From Candidatus Latescibacterota bacterium (GTDB lineage Bacteria > Latescibacterota > UBA2968), in assembly GCA_965198115.1 (NCBI GenBank), contig OZ240241.1:4672001-4736000 (forward strand): a stretch of DNA of 64,000 nucleotides, written 5' to 3'. The notes below the pieces were generated by a model that searched no databases, was not told the DNA's origin, and worked only from the letters and a program-made list of their open reading frames with translations. Within the stretch, counting starts at the first letter, position 1. Each line of letters opens with the position of its first letter. The translations under genes and the position numbers were made by a program. Shown here piece after piece: positions 20,736-30,341 of this stretch.

Positions 20736-22736
20736 ATGAAGAAACTCTACCTCACGTTCGTCATTGCCACACTCATTGGAGGTTCCGCCGCTGGGAGTAT
20801 GGACAGCCAGGATCCCGAGGCGAGAATCGCCGCCGTCAAGGAAGTGACCGATCAGAAAGTGCTGGCAAAAGTCGCGCGGAAAGACAAGGACTGGCAGGTC
20901 AGAAAGTATGCCGTGGAGAGGCTAACAGACCAGAAGGAATTGAAGGGAATCGCACGCAAAGACGAGGATTCTCGTGTGCGGTTGGCTGCAGTAGCGAGAC
21001 TTTCAGACCAGAAAGAACTGGCCCGGATCGCACAAAAGGACAAGGACACTACTGTGAAATCGGTGGCAACGATGCGACTCACCGATCAACAGCTCCTGAC
21101 CAAGCTGGCGACCGGCGACGACCTACTGTTGGCCAACATCGCTACACCCAGAGTGACAGATGAGACTCTGCTGAAGAAGGTCGCGGCCAAAGCCAAGTTC
21201 GAGGATCTGCGCGACTATGCGATGACGCAGGGACGCCAACTCGTTTGGAACGCTCTCTCGTCGGGCTTCCAAGAACTGGAAGAGGACTCCTTGAATGTTC
21301 TGGCCAGTTCCGCGAAGGATCCTGCCGTAGGGATTGCCGCTCGCGTCAGTCTGGGGTGGAGTACCTGGGACGAGCCAGGCACAGTGGCCGTGCGGTCGGA
21401 TAGGGGCCTGGGCGACTACCTGAGGGCAGTGGCTCTGGTGGACAGTCCAAGAGCTGCTACGGGCTCAATTGTCGACGCAACACGTCGTTACCGTCAAAAG
21501 GGTCATACCACGCTCATTCCAGAATTATGCACGCTCCTGCTGCGATACGGGGACAAGACGTTGGCGGAAGAATATCTGAACTCCGATAGCGACCACCTCA
21601 AGACTGCGGCTGTGAACTGGGCCTTAAAGAACGAGCACGTTATCGATGACTACGACAAAGACTCACCCGCAAGGCTGTGGGGTCCCGAGAGCGAAGTTAT
21701 CGTACCATTCCACGCGGCGATGACGAAGCCGGTCATAAAGGAACTGCCGTCGCCCACCTTTCCAAGAGAAGCCTTGATGAAGGTCGGAGGGCCCACCTAT
21801 ATCACGTTTCTGATTGGCAAAGACGGACAAGCCAAGGATGTCGGAGCAGTTAGTGGAGATGGGGCTCTCCATCAGGATATCGCCAATGTGCTCCATCAGG
21901 CCGCTTTGGAAGCCGTCTCTCAGTGGACTTTCGAACCTGCCACGGATCGGTACGGCAAGGCCGTGGCGGTGCAAGTGACCATACCCATACCGTGGCACGT
22001 TCCCTCGGGTATTCCCGTGGGCAGTATGGACCTCGAACCCATCAAGAAGGATCATAGAGGCTCCTTCGAGAGCACAGGACCATCGTACCGAGGCAAGGCC
22101 AGAGAGTTTCAAGGATTCTTTGGCGTCTTGAAGCTTCAATACAGGTTTTTCCTGATGTCGGGTGAACCCTTTGAGTCGTTCAGAATGTGGTGGGAACATA
22201 GTGACGACTTCCTATTGCAACATTCGGACAAGGAGCGAACAGTCAAGGCAGCTACGCTTAAGGAGCAGAGACCAGATCTATTCAGGAATTACAGGGCAAT
22301 TCGACCCAAAAAGGTGGCCCTCGAGAGCACCTTGCGCTTTGTTGAGGGAGGCGGGGTGACCACACGATCCATTGGCAGATATCTGATTCAACCCAGGGCA
22401 TCCATAGGTAGTTACGGCTTTGAGCTACCATCAGGACGGACGTGGGAAGACGTTTTTCCTGTCTCGCCCGAGGCGACTGCTCAAATCGATGGCTACATCA
22501 ATAGACTGAGGGAGGTCTCGGGTTGGGCTGAGGATGACATCAAGAAGGCGGCAGGCGAACTGGATGCCGGCACAATTGAATCTCACGCGATGTTCAATAA
22601 ACTCTCATTTGCTTTTGCCGAAGAAATCAAACTCGCCGAGCCCGTGAATATCGTCAATCTGGAGCTGCCTCAAGCGACACTCGATCGAATCGTGGAGTCT
22701 TACTACCACCTGGAGCAGGGGGTATCGGACAACTAA
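20736..22736 (+). CDS. Exported protein: HEAT-like repeats + TonB C-terminal domain + unknown C-terminal domain
   Basis: Signal peptide MKKLYLTF...; 26-aa DQKxLxxIAxKDxDxxVRxxAVxRLT repeats; PTFP..FLIGKDG..AALEAVSQWTFEPA..GKAV. Confidence 0.72.
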   Translation: MKKLYLTFVIATLIGGSAAGSMDSQDPEARIAAVKEVTDQKVLAKVARKDKDWQVRKYAVERLTDQKELKGIARKDEDSRVRLAAVARLSDQKELARIAQKDKDTTVKSVATMRLTDQQLLTKLATGDDLLLANIATPRVTDETLLKKVAAKAKFEDLRDYAMTQGRQLVWNALSSGFQELEEDSLNVLASSAKDPAVGIAARVSLGWSTWDEPGTVAVRSDRGLGDYLRAVALVDSPRAATGSIVDATRRYRQKGHTTLIPELCTLLLRYGDKTLAEEYLNSDSDHLKTAAVNWALKNEHVIDDYDKDSPARLWGPESEVIVPFHAAMTKPVIKELPSPTFPREALMKVGGPTYITFLIGKDGQAKDVGAVSGDGALHQDIANVLHQAALEAVSQWTFEPATDRYGKAVAVQVTIPIPWHVPSGIPVGSMDLEPIKKDHRGSFESTGPSYRGKAREFQGFFGVLKLQYRFFLMSGEPFESFRMWWEHSDDFLLQHSDKERTVKAATLKEQRPDLFRNYRAIRPKKVALESTLRFVEGGGVTTRSIGRYLIQPRASIGSYGFELPSGRTWEDVFPVSPEATAQIDGYINRLREVSGWAEDDIKKAAGELDAGTIESHAMFNKLSFAFAEEIKLAEPVNIVNLELPQATLDRIVESYYHLEQGVSDN

Positions 22737-22796
22737 GATTCCCGAGTCTTCCACGCAGACCCGAATTGTCATACGTGATCTGCTTGAACTCTGCTG

Positions 22797-23438
22797 AGTC
22801 ATGACCTCCGGCAAAGCCGGAGGCTTGAAAACTTGTGAACCGCTCAAAGCGGTTGGAAACCAAGCGCCACCTAAAGGTGGCGATTACCTGAAAATGTTGA
22901 GCTGGTCGAGACGCCGGTCCTCCCGCTCCTGGTTCTGGATATACTCCCGAACCGTCTGTTCATCCTTGCCAACGGTGGAGACCCAGTAGCCTCTTGCCCA
23001 GAAATGCTGCCCGGTGAAGTTCGACCTGCGTCCCAGATAGTTCCGAGCAATGTGAATCGCACTCTTTCCTTTGATGAACCCTACCGTCTGAGCTACTGAG
23101 TGCTTCGGCGGGATCGAAATCAACGTGTGCACATGGTCGGATCGCAGGTGACCCTCTTCCACACGGCATTCCTTCTGTGCGGCCAGATCCCGAATCACCT
23201 CGCCCAGATAGCGACGAATTTCACCATACAACACTTTTCTACGATACTTCCGAACCCAAACAACGTCATACTTGCACTCCCATACCGTGTGACGTAGACT
23301 CCTTACGTTGTTCATTAGAGAGCCTTCCTTCCGTGTGCTTTGAGCGGTCCACGGCAAGGGAGGCTCTTACATATTTCTGGAACTGTCAAACTCTGGGAGT
23401 CTCCCCGGCAGAGCCGGGGGCTTACCAAGGTTTAGTTA
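22797..23438 (-). mobile_element. IS200/IS605-family element, tnpA only (ends approximate)
   Basis: Related subterminal hairpins CCTCCGGC-AAA-GCCGGAGG (22805-22823) and CCCCGGC-AGA-GCCGGGG (about 23403-23419) flank tnpA. Confidence 0.8.
22884..23315 (-). CDS. tnpA: IS200 Y1 (HUH) transposase
   Basis: KYRRK, DHVH, IKGKS, FWARGY, YIQNQ. Confidence 0.93.
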   Translation of the reverse strand: MNNVRSLRHTVWECKYDVVWVRKYRRKVLYGEIRRYLGEVIRDLAAQKECRVEEGHLRSDHVHTLISIPPKHSVAQTVGFIKGKSAIHIARNYLGRRSNFTGQHFWARGYWVSTVGKDEQTVREYIQNQEREDRRLDQLNIFR

Positions 23439-23836
23439 GCACGACTCGACGCCGGCACCGAATCGCTAGGCGTTCAAGGCCTGCAGGCCTTGCTTCGCCA
23501 GGTTAGCGCGACTCGGTGTTGGGGAAAGATGACTAATCTCTCGATGAGTGTCAATGTTCTGTGGGCGACCACTGTCAACCGATCACTCTGAGTAGGCGAT
23601 TCACGAACCGCATTGTAGATCCGGTACCAAGAATTCAATGGATCGCCGTATCGAAAGGCGTCGGACGTCACCGGTCGTCCTTCGATACGATCTGTCACAA
23701 TGCTGTTCTATGTAGCTGGCCCATTTCCATTGCTTGATAAGATCACTCAGGATGACCGGTGCGATGACCTCCAGTAGTTTCCAGCTCTGCTTCTCTTGGC
23801 GCCCGTTTCTGACTGACGTCTGACACCTGGTTTCCC

Positions 23837-24854
23837 ATGAAGTCTTACAACCAGCTCACGCGACTGGGCGAGATTCGCCGGATCCGCCAGCTCGCGCTGA
23901 ATGCCTTGAAGCAGTATGACCTCGAGGTCGAGCGGATGCGGTTCGTCGCCTGGTGGACCCACCCCGTCTTTCGCCTTCGAACAAAGGATGGGAGATCCTA
24001 CGCCATCCGGATTTGCGAGCCTGGTTGGCGGACGGATACCGACCTGTTGTCCGAGGCCATGTGGCTGGAAGCTCTGCATCGAGATTCAGACATCGGAGCA
24101 CCGGCTCCCGTCGCCGCGCGAAATGGCAGCTATTTCGTCAAAGCGACAGACTCGGGGGTTCCGCAGCCGCGCAACTGCTTCGTGATGACGTGGGTACCGG
24201 GCGCCATGCTGATCCGGCAACGTCTGAATGAGCCGATTCTTCACGCGGCCGGAGAACTCTTCGCCCAGCTTCATGAGTTAGCGCTCAGCTTCAAGTCGCC
24301 GAAAGGGTTCACGACACGGCGAATGGACCGAGTCTACGCGCGTGAAGAGAAGGATGTGCTGTTCGAGACGCAGTTCCGAGACGCCTTCACTCCACGCTCG
24401 AGGGAAATCTTTGAGCGGGCTCAGGCGCGCGTAGAAGAAGTATTCGAGCAGCTGTATCGCGATGTCAACGACCTGCGCGTCATTCATAACGATCTTTGGT
24501 ATGAAAACATCAAGATCTACCGCAGTCGATTGTATCCTTTCGACTTCGAGGACACGCTCTGGGGCTATCCCGTTCAGGATATGGCCACATCCTTGCTCGA
24601 CCTGATGCTCGATACGGATGTCGCTCGCTATCCCCCTTTACGACAGGCATTCAAGCAGGGATATGAGGCGCACGCTACGTGGCCCGAGCGTTACACTGAT
24701 GAGATCGATACCTTTATGGTCGGCTGTATCCTTCCCAAGGTGGAACCGTACCGCTTTGCACCACCCGAAAAACCTAAAGGCCAAAATCGACGACTGGGGA
24801 CCGATGCTGGAAAGATTTCTGGATACAGGCCAGGTGACAAAGGACAAGCGATGA
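23837..24854 (+). pseudogene. APH/homoserine-kinase-type phosphotransferase, frameshifted near 24735
   Basis: IHNDL, FDFED; the likely true C-terminus lies in ORF 24618-24854, whose TGA overlaps the GGT ATG. Confidence 0.75.
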
Positions 24855-26545
24855 ACACGTCCCGGCCCATTTATCGTCACGAGGAAATCGCGGCGAGCTC
24901 AGGCATGGTCGTCGCCCAGCATAAAGAGGCGGCGAGGATCGGCGTCGAGGTATTGCAGTCAGGCGGGAATGCCGTGGATGCCGCCGTCACGACAGCGTTC
25001 GCGACAGGTGTGCTGCTGCCCGTTTGGAACGGGATCGGTGGCGGAGGCGTGATGGTCGTCCATCTGGCAGACGGTCAGGGAGGCGTCATTGACTTCGGTA
25101 TGCAAGCGCCCGGTTCGGCCCATCCCGAGATGTACGAGCTGGAGAGCCAGCTTGTGGTGGATGGCGTATCGCGACGCTTCTCATTCCCGAAGGTCAAGGA
25201 CGGCGCCAACAGGGACGGCTACACGGCAATCGCCATTCCGGGCACGCTCGCCGGATTGTGCACCGCGCTGGATAACTGGGGATCGATCTCACTGGATCAA
25301 GCCATCGCGCCCGCAACCACTCTCGCCCGTGAAGGATTCCCGCTGCCTCGTACAGAAGCGCTTACGATGTCCGACAACCACGGGCTATTGTCCCGCTTCG
25401 AGGCCACGCGTGAGGTCTATCTCAAGAAGAACGGCTCGCCTTTGGGAGTCGGCAATCGTTTCGTCCAGACCGACTACGCGGACACGCTCGAACGAATCGG
25501 CAAGAACGGACCCGAAGAGTTCTACGGCGGCAAAACGGGCGCTCGCATCTGCGAGGATGTGTCACGCAACGGCGGTTATCTCACGCTCGATGATCTGGTC
25601 CAGTACCGGCCCATCGTGCACGACCAGCCTCTTCAGACGCAGTACCGAGATCTCACCGTCTCGGGCGTGCCAGGCCCGTGTGCCGGGCCGACGGTGCTGG
25701 AGATCCTCAATATCCTGAACACATTCGACCTGAAGACAATGGATCGGGTGGACTTTCTCCATACACTGATCGAAGCCGTCAAACTCGCCGCCGTCGATCG
25801 TTTCACGTTTATGGGTGACCCTGCCATCTACGGTTTTCCCTGCAACGTTCTCGCTGATTCCGACTACGGTCGGTCTCGGGCCGAGACAATCGATCCGGCC
25901 GCCGCGACCGAGTTCGCCGCAGGGACGCCGTGGTCCTACGCAGATACCGATCGGCCCGATGGGTTTCCTGCGCCGGCTGGAGTTGCCTCGGACGATGGCA
26001 CCACACACATCACCGTCGCAGACAGCGATGGCAATGCGGTCGCCCTGACGCAGACAAACCTCGGTTTCTCCGGCGTTGTGAACCCCGGTGTAGGGGTCAT
26101 GATGAACAACGGCATGGGCTGGTCGTGTCCAGTTCCGGGCACGGTGAACTCCATCGCGCCCCACGCACGGGCGCTCAACAACATGACGCCCGTCATCTGT
26201 CACCGGGATGGTCGCGTGGTTCTCGCACTCGGCGCCTCAGGCGGTCGTCGCATCTGGCCGGCTGTCGTCCAGATGATCGTGAACCGAATCGACCTAGGGA
26301 TGTCGTTGCAGGAGGCGATGGAGCAACCGCGTGTTCACGTCGAGTCCGACGATCCCATCGTGGATCAGCGCTGGGGCGATGACGTGATCGACGCCCTGAA
26401 ACGACGTGGTCATCGTGTCTCTATTCCCCCCGATGAGTGGGTCCTCTTCCCGTTTTCCGAACCGAACGGCATCGCCCGTGACGGAAACGAATGGAAAAGC
26501 GGCCTCACGCCGATGGCAAAGCCGACTCACGCGGCGGGATATTGA
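24851..26545 (+). CDS. ggt: Gamma-glutamyltransferase family (Ntn hydrolase)
   Basis: GGNAVDAA, GIGGGG, TTH nucleophile, GASGG; AGGA RBS. Confidence 0.88.
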   Translation: MNTSRPIYRHEEIAASSGMVVAQHKEAARIGVEVLQSGGNAVDAAVTTAFATGVLLPVWNGIGGGGVMVVHLADGQGGVIDFGMQAPGSAHPEMYELESQLVVDGVSRRFSFPKVKDGANRDGYTAIAIPGTLAGLCTALDNWGSISLDQAIAPATTLAREGFPLPRTEALTMSDNHGLLSRFEATREVYLKKNGSPLGVGNRFVQTDYADTLERIGKNGPEEFYGGKTGARICEDVSRNGGYLTLDDLVQYRPIVHDQPLQTQYRDLTVSGVPGPCAGPTVLEILNILNTFDLKTMDRVDFLHTLIEAVKLAAVDRFTFMGDPAIYGFPCNVLADSDYGRSRAETIDPAAATEFAAGTPWSYADTDRPDGFPAPAGVASDDGTTHITVADSDGNAVALTQTNLGFSGVVNPGVGVMMNNGMGWSCPVPGTVNSIAPHARALNNMTPVICHRDGRVVLALGASGGRRIWPAVVQMIVNRIDLGMSLQEAMEQPRVHVESDDPIVDQRWGDDVIDALKRRGHRVSIPPDEWVLFPFSEPNGIARDGNEWKSGLTPMAKPTHAAGY

Positions 26546-26584
26546 GATTGAGAGTAACGCTGCAGCCCGCGCGATGAAGCAATG

Positions 26585-27191
26585 TCACCCGGTACGCTTC
26601 TTGGCCGAGTCCATCTTGACTTTCACGTAACTGATGTCAATGCAGATGATAGATGCTGTAAATACAGTCGGCGTAGCGCCAACGAGGGGTCGGGCTATCC
26701 AGCTTCCAGTCGAGCCCGTCCGAGGAATGGGCCGTGTAATAACCGAATCCACCCTGTGGCGTCGCGTCGGCGTGAAACGGCCCCCAACGGAAGTCGATGT
26801 GACCGGTGGCGCGGTAGCGGGAGTCAGCGGGAGCGTCGGGGTCGATAAAGACAGAGGCACAATGGACGCCAAGGTTGCAGAGATTGTTCGCCGTGCCATT
26901 GTAGTCGACCAAACCGAGAGTCGGCTTGCGCCACTCGATGCCATCGTCGGACTCGGCATAGCCGACAAACGACGAGGGATACTCGCGCCCGCCCTTGGGC
27001 GTGGCCTGATACCACATCCGATACCTGCCCCCGTCCTGGAGCACCGAGCCGTAGATGAGCGCACCGCCGCCGTCGACCAGGCTGTCACCCACCAGCACGG
27101 GCTCGGGTGACACGTCAGGCGTACGCTGAAAGAAGTTCCATTGCTCTGCAAACCTGACGATCTCCAATTTCGGTTCGAACAGTAGCTCCAT
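26585..27191 (-). pseudogene. Truncated beta-propeller glycoside-hydrolase-like gene
   Basis: YGSVL.DGGRYRMWY, YAESDDGIEWRKP, SSDGLDW; stops after about 185 aa. Confidence 0.6.
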
Positions 27192-27337
27192 GAGCAACGA
27201 CCTCCCTGTTCTTATCCCGGGCACGCTCGATCACTTGCCAAGGATGCACCATCAATAGCGGGGATAGTACCGACGCGTCGGAAAAGCTGTCAAACCAAGA
27301 TGTCCATTCAGCCACGATTCGTAGCGTGACCAACGCC

Positions 27338-27365
27338 TTGACTCTTACAGGAAACCCCCTATCCT
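27338..27365 (+). promoter_or_regulatory. Sigma70-like promoter
   Basis: TTGACT - 16 bp - TATCCT. Confidence 0.5.
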
Positions 27366-27442
27366 TTCTTCCAGACTGGCGGATGAAAAAACAATAATTC
27401 GAGCGCAGTCGCTCAAGCAGGCAACCGCCATACCAGTCCACG

Positions 27443-27507
27443 AGGCGCCTGCTTATCCCTTTGTCCCATTTCTTGGGATTCATCAAAGGGATAGGTAGGC
27501 GTCTTTT
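27443..27507 (+). terminator. Long intrinsic-terminator-like hairpin in the permease leader
   Basis: 21-bp stem 27443-27463 / 27484-27504 with three G-U pairs, ending in a T4 run. Confidence 0.6.
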
Positions 27508-27717
27508 GCATACGCTCCGCCTCTAGCAAAACACGATACCGCACAGGCTCGTCACATAACTGCGTGAGGGGAAATGCGTCCCCGTGCTGAACACGGGGAC
27601 GAGCACGCGTCATGACTTGCCTGGGCCCGGTACTATAGGCCCCTAGGACCGGGGCCCTGCGAACGAAATTCACACTCGTCCCCTGGGTTCCCGCCCCGGG
27701 GGCGCAAAGATAGCTAC

Positions 27718-30198
27718 ATGATTTCAAACTATCTCGCCACCGCACTCCGCAACGCCTGGAAATACCCAGGCTACACCCTCATCAACGTGCTCGGCCTCTC
27801 GGTCGGTTTGGCTGCAGTCGTGCTCATCGGTCTGTTCGTCCAACACGAGACCAGCTTCGACCAAACCCACCCCCATGCCGGCGATGTCTATCAGATCTTT
27901 CGGGAGGACCGGAACAGGACCGGGATCGTGCGAACGCAGGAAGGAGTATCGGGCGCGCTGGCGCTCGGCATCCGGGGAACGGTACCCGAAGTCGAAAGTG
28001 TTGTGCGTGTCGGGTATCATGACATCTGGGCAAAAGTCGGCAATGAGTCGTTTCGCGAAACTCTGGCAGTCACCGAACCGGGATTCTTCGACTACTTCAG
28101 TTTCCCGCTTGTCGAAGGGTCCCTGGAAGGGCTCGCCGGACCTGGAGATATCCTGATCACGGAGTCGGCGGCTCGACGCGTGTTTGGACGAGAAAACGTG
28201 CTTGACGAGGACGTCAAGATCGAGGGGCGCTACTTCGCGGGCGATTATGTCGTTCGAGGCGTCCTCCGAAATATTCCACCGCGGTCGACCTTCCACTTCG
28301 ACTTCCTGCTGCATGACTCGAACACGATGTCCGACGTGATGATGCGCTGGACCCAGTGGTTCAAAGAGGGGTACTCCGACGTCGAAGCCTATCTCCGGCC
28401 CGTGCGAGGCGCATCTCTCGACGCCATCACGGAGAAATGTCTCGCTATTCGGAGGTCAGGCCTGATCGAAGAAGGCGGTGACTTCTCTGCTGAGAAGCAG
28501 TACCACCTTCAGCCGTTCTACCGCAAGTACCTCTACTCCACGACCGACCATGGCATCATACCCAATCCCATCAGCGGTCTAGGTCTTCAGTACGGCAACA
28601 TCCGATACGTCGTGATGTCCTCGATCATGGCAGCATTCATCCTCCTGATTGCGTGCGTGAACTTCACCAACCTCGCGACCGCGAGATCGATGAGCCGTGT
28701 TAGAGAGATCGGCCTCCGAAAGGTCGTCGGAGCGTTTCGTCATCAGGTGATCAGCCAGTTTCTGGGTGAAGCCCTGCTCATCTCGATGCTGTCTCTGGGT
28801 GTAGGTCTCCTCCTCGAGTGGCGCCTCCTCCCGACTTTCAACCAGCTTGTCGACCGTGATCTGGCGCTCGACCTCTCCATTCCCAGCTGCCTGGTCCTGC
28901 TGGCAACGGCGATCGTGACGGGTGCCATCGCCGGCTTCTATCCCGCGGTCGTCCTTTCCGGTCTTCGACCTGTTGCCGTGTTACGAGGGCCAGACTACGC
29001 CACCGGACGCGGCGCCCGATTTCGCAAGCTGCTCGTCGTGTTCCAGTTCACAGTATCGATCGGGCTGATCATCTCGACCATTGTCGTCGATCATCAACTG
29101 ACCTTCATCCGATTGAAGGATCTGGGCTTCGACCGCGATCAGGTCATTGTCATGCCCGTGTTCCTCCACGCGAGAGACATCGCCGAATACGGGAACAATG
29201 GAATCTTGTTGAAGCAACGGACTCGGGAAGTCAAAAACACTTTCCTCGCTCATCCCGACATTCTCAAGGTCGGCATCTCGCGGTTCTATCTGCAGGAATT
29301 CCTCGCCCGATACGACGTCAGGCCTGAAGGGACGAGCGAACCGATCGGGATGCCCAACTTATCCGTGGACGACGGTTTCTTCGACACGCTCGGCATCCCG
29401 TTCGCTGCAGGTCGACCCATCTCCGTGCATCACTTCACGAATAACTGGGAACTGAGGCAGGCGGGTGGGGAGGAGTATGTCATCAACGTGGCCGCCGCAG
29501 AACGGTTCGGGTGGACACCCGAAGAGGCCATCGGAAAGGGAATGGGGTGGCCGAACAGACGACGAACACCAGGGACCATCGTGGGTGTGGTCGAGAACTT
29601 CCACACCAACACGCTCCACGAAACGGTCGAACCGGTGGTCTTCGACTGGGACGAGTGGAACGCCAAGCTCGTGCTCGCAAGAGTGCGAGGCGGTCGAATC
29701 CCGGAGGCTTTGGAGCACCTTGAGGCGGCCTGGAAACGCTGGCTGCCTGAGCGACCATTCACCTACGAGTTCCTGGACGACCGACTCGATACCCTCTACA
29801 AGACCGAACAAAGACAGGGCGACGTCTTCCGCACCTTCTCAGTCATCGCCATCTTCGTCGCGTGTCTGGGCCTCTTCGGCTTGGCCTCCTTCACGGCTGT
29901 GCAACGGACACGTGAGATCGGTATTCGCAAAGTCATCGGCGCAACAGAGTCCAACCTGGCCTTGATGCTCTCAGGTGAATTCACGCGTCTCGTCATCGTC
30001 GCGAACGGGATCGGATGGCCCGTGGCCTGGTGGTTCATGAACGATTGGCTCGAGGGTTTCGCCTATCGCATCGACCTTGGTCTGACGCCTTTCGGATTGA
30101 GTGGCGTCGTAAGCCTCGCCATCGCGACATTGACGGTCGTGTTCCAAGCCATTCGGGCGGCACGACGCGATCCGGTTGATACATTGCGGAGTGAGTGA
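27718..30198 (+). CDS. FtsX/MacB-type duplicated ABC permease
   Basis: LINVLGL, ACVNFTNL, REIGLRKVVGA, LVVFQF, DPVDTLRSE. Confidence 0.92.
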   Translation: MISNYLATALRNAWKYPGYTLINVLGLSVGLAAVVLIGLFVQHETSFDQTHPHAGDVYQIFREDRNRTGIVRTQEGVSGALALGIRGTVPEVESVVRVGYHDIWAKVGNESFRETLAVTEPGFFDYFSFPLVEGSLEGLAGPGDILITESAARRVFGRENVLDEDVKIEGRYFAGDYVVRGVLRNIPPRSTFHFDFLLHDSNTMSDVMMRWTQWFKEGYSDVEAYLRPVRGASLDAITEKCLAIRRSGLIEEGGDFSAEKQYHLQPFYRKYLYSTTDHGIIPNPISGLGLQYGNIRYVVMSSIMAAFILLIACVNFTNLATARSMSRVREIGLRKVVGAFRHQVISQFLGEALLISMLSLGVGLLLEWRLLPTFNQLVDRDLALDLSIPSCLVLLATAIVTGAIAGFYPAVVLSGLRPVAVLRGPDYATGRGARFRKLLVVFQFTVSIGLIISTIVVDHQLTFIRLKDLGFDRDQVIVMPVFLHARDIAEYGNNGILLKQRTREVKNTFLAHPDILKVGISRFYLQEFLARYDVRPEGTSEPIGMPNLSVDDGFFDTLGIPFAAGRPISVHHFTNNWELRQAGGEEYVINVAAAERFGWTPEEAIGKGMGWPNRRRTPGTIVGVVENFHTNTLHETVEPVVFDWDEWNAKLVLARVRGGRIPEALEHLEAAWKRWLPERPFTYEFLDDRLDTLYKTEQRQGDVFRTFSVIAIFVACLGLFGLASFTAVQRTREIGIRKVIGATESNLALMLSGEFTRLVIVANGIGWPVAWWFMNDWLEGFAYRIDLGLTPFGLSGVVSLAIATLTVVFQAIRAARRDPVDTLRSE

Positions 30199-30221
30199 GA
30201 TACTCAAGTAACTGCGACCAA

Positions 30222-30291
30222 GTCATCCTGAGCGCAGTCGAAGGACGGCTTGGTCGCGCGATTCCGACACTTCGACTGCGCTCAGTGTGAC
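30222..30291. repeat. Intergenic palindromic REP-like element
   Basis: Perfect 16-bp IR CTGAGCGCAGTCGAAG (30228-30243) / CTTCGACTGCGCTCAG (30270-30285) with outer GTCA/TGAC. Confidence 0.75.
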
Positions 30292-30341
30292 GGTTCACGC
30301 TTCCCCGCTAATCGGATAACGGACTACGGTTAACGCTCTCC

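Noticed and set aside
22797-23438. TnpB/IscB or other RNA-guided cargo in IS200
   Set aside because: The element is about 640 bp and holds only tnpA
23837-26545. Apparent 902-aa APH-GGT fusion protein
   Set aside because: A frameshift near 24735 makes the join. The natural APH tail is in another frame and ends in an ATGA overlap with the GGT start, which has its own RBS.
27374-27454. ZMP/ZTP (pfl) or PyrR element assignment for the leader RNA
   Set aside because: Only partial motifs match (GACTGGCG; AGTCC..GAGGC), other core nucleotides are missing, and the downstream genes do not fit
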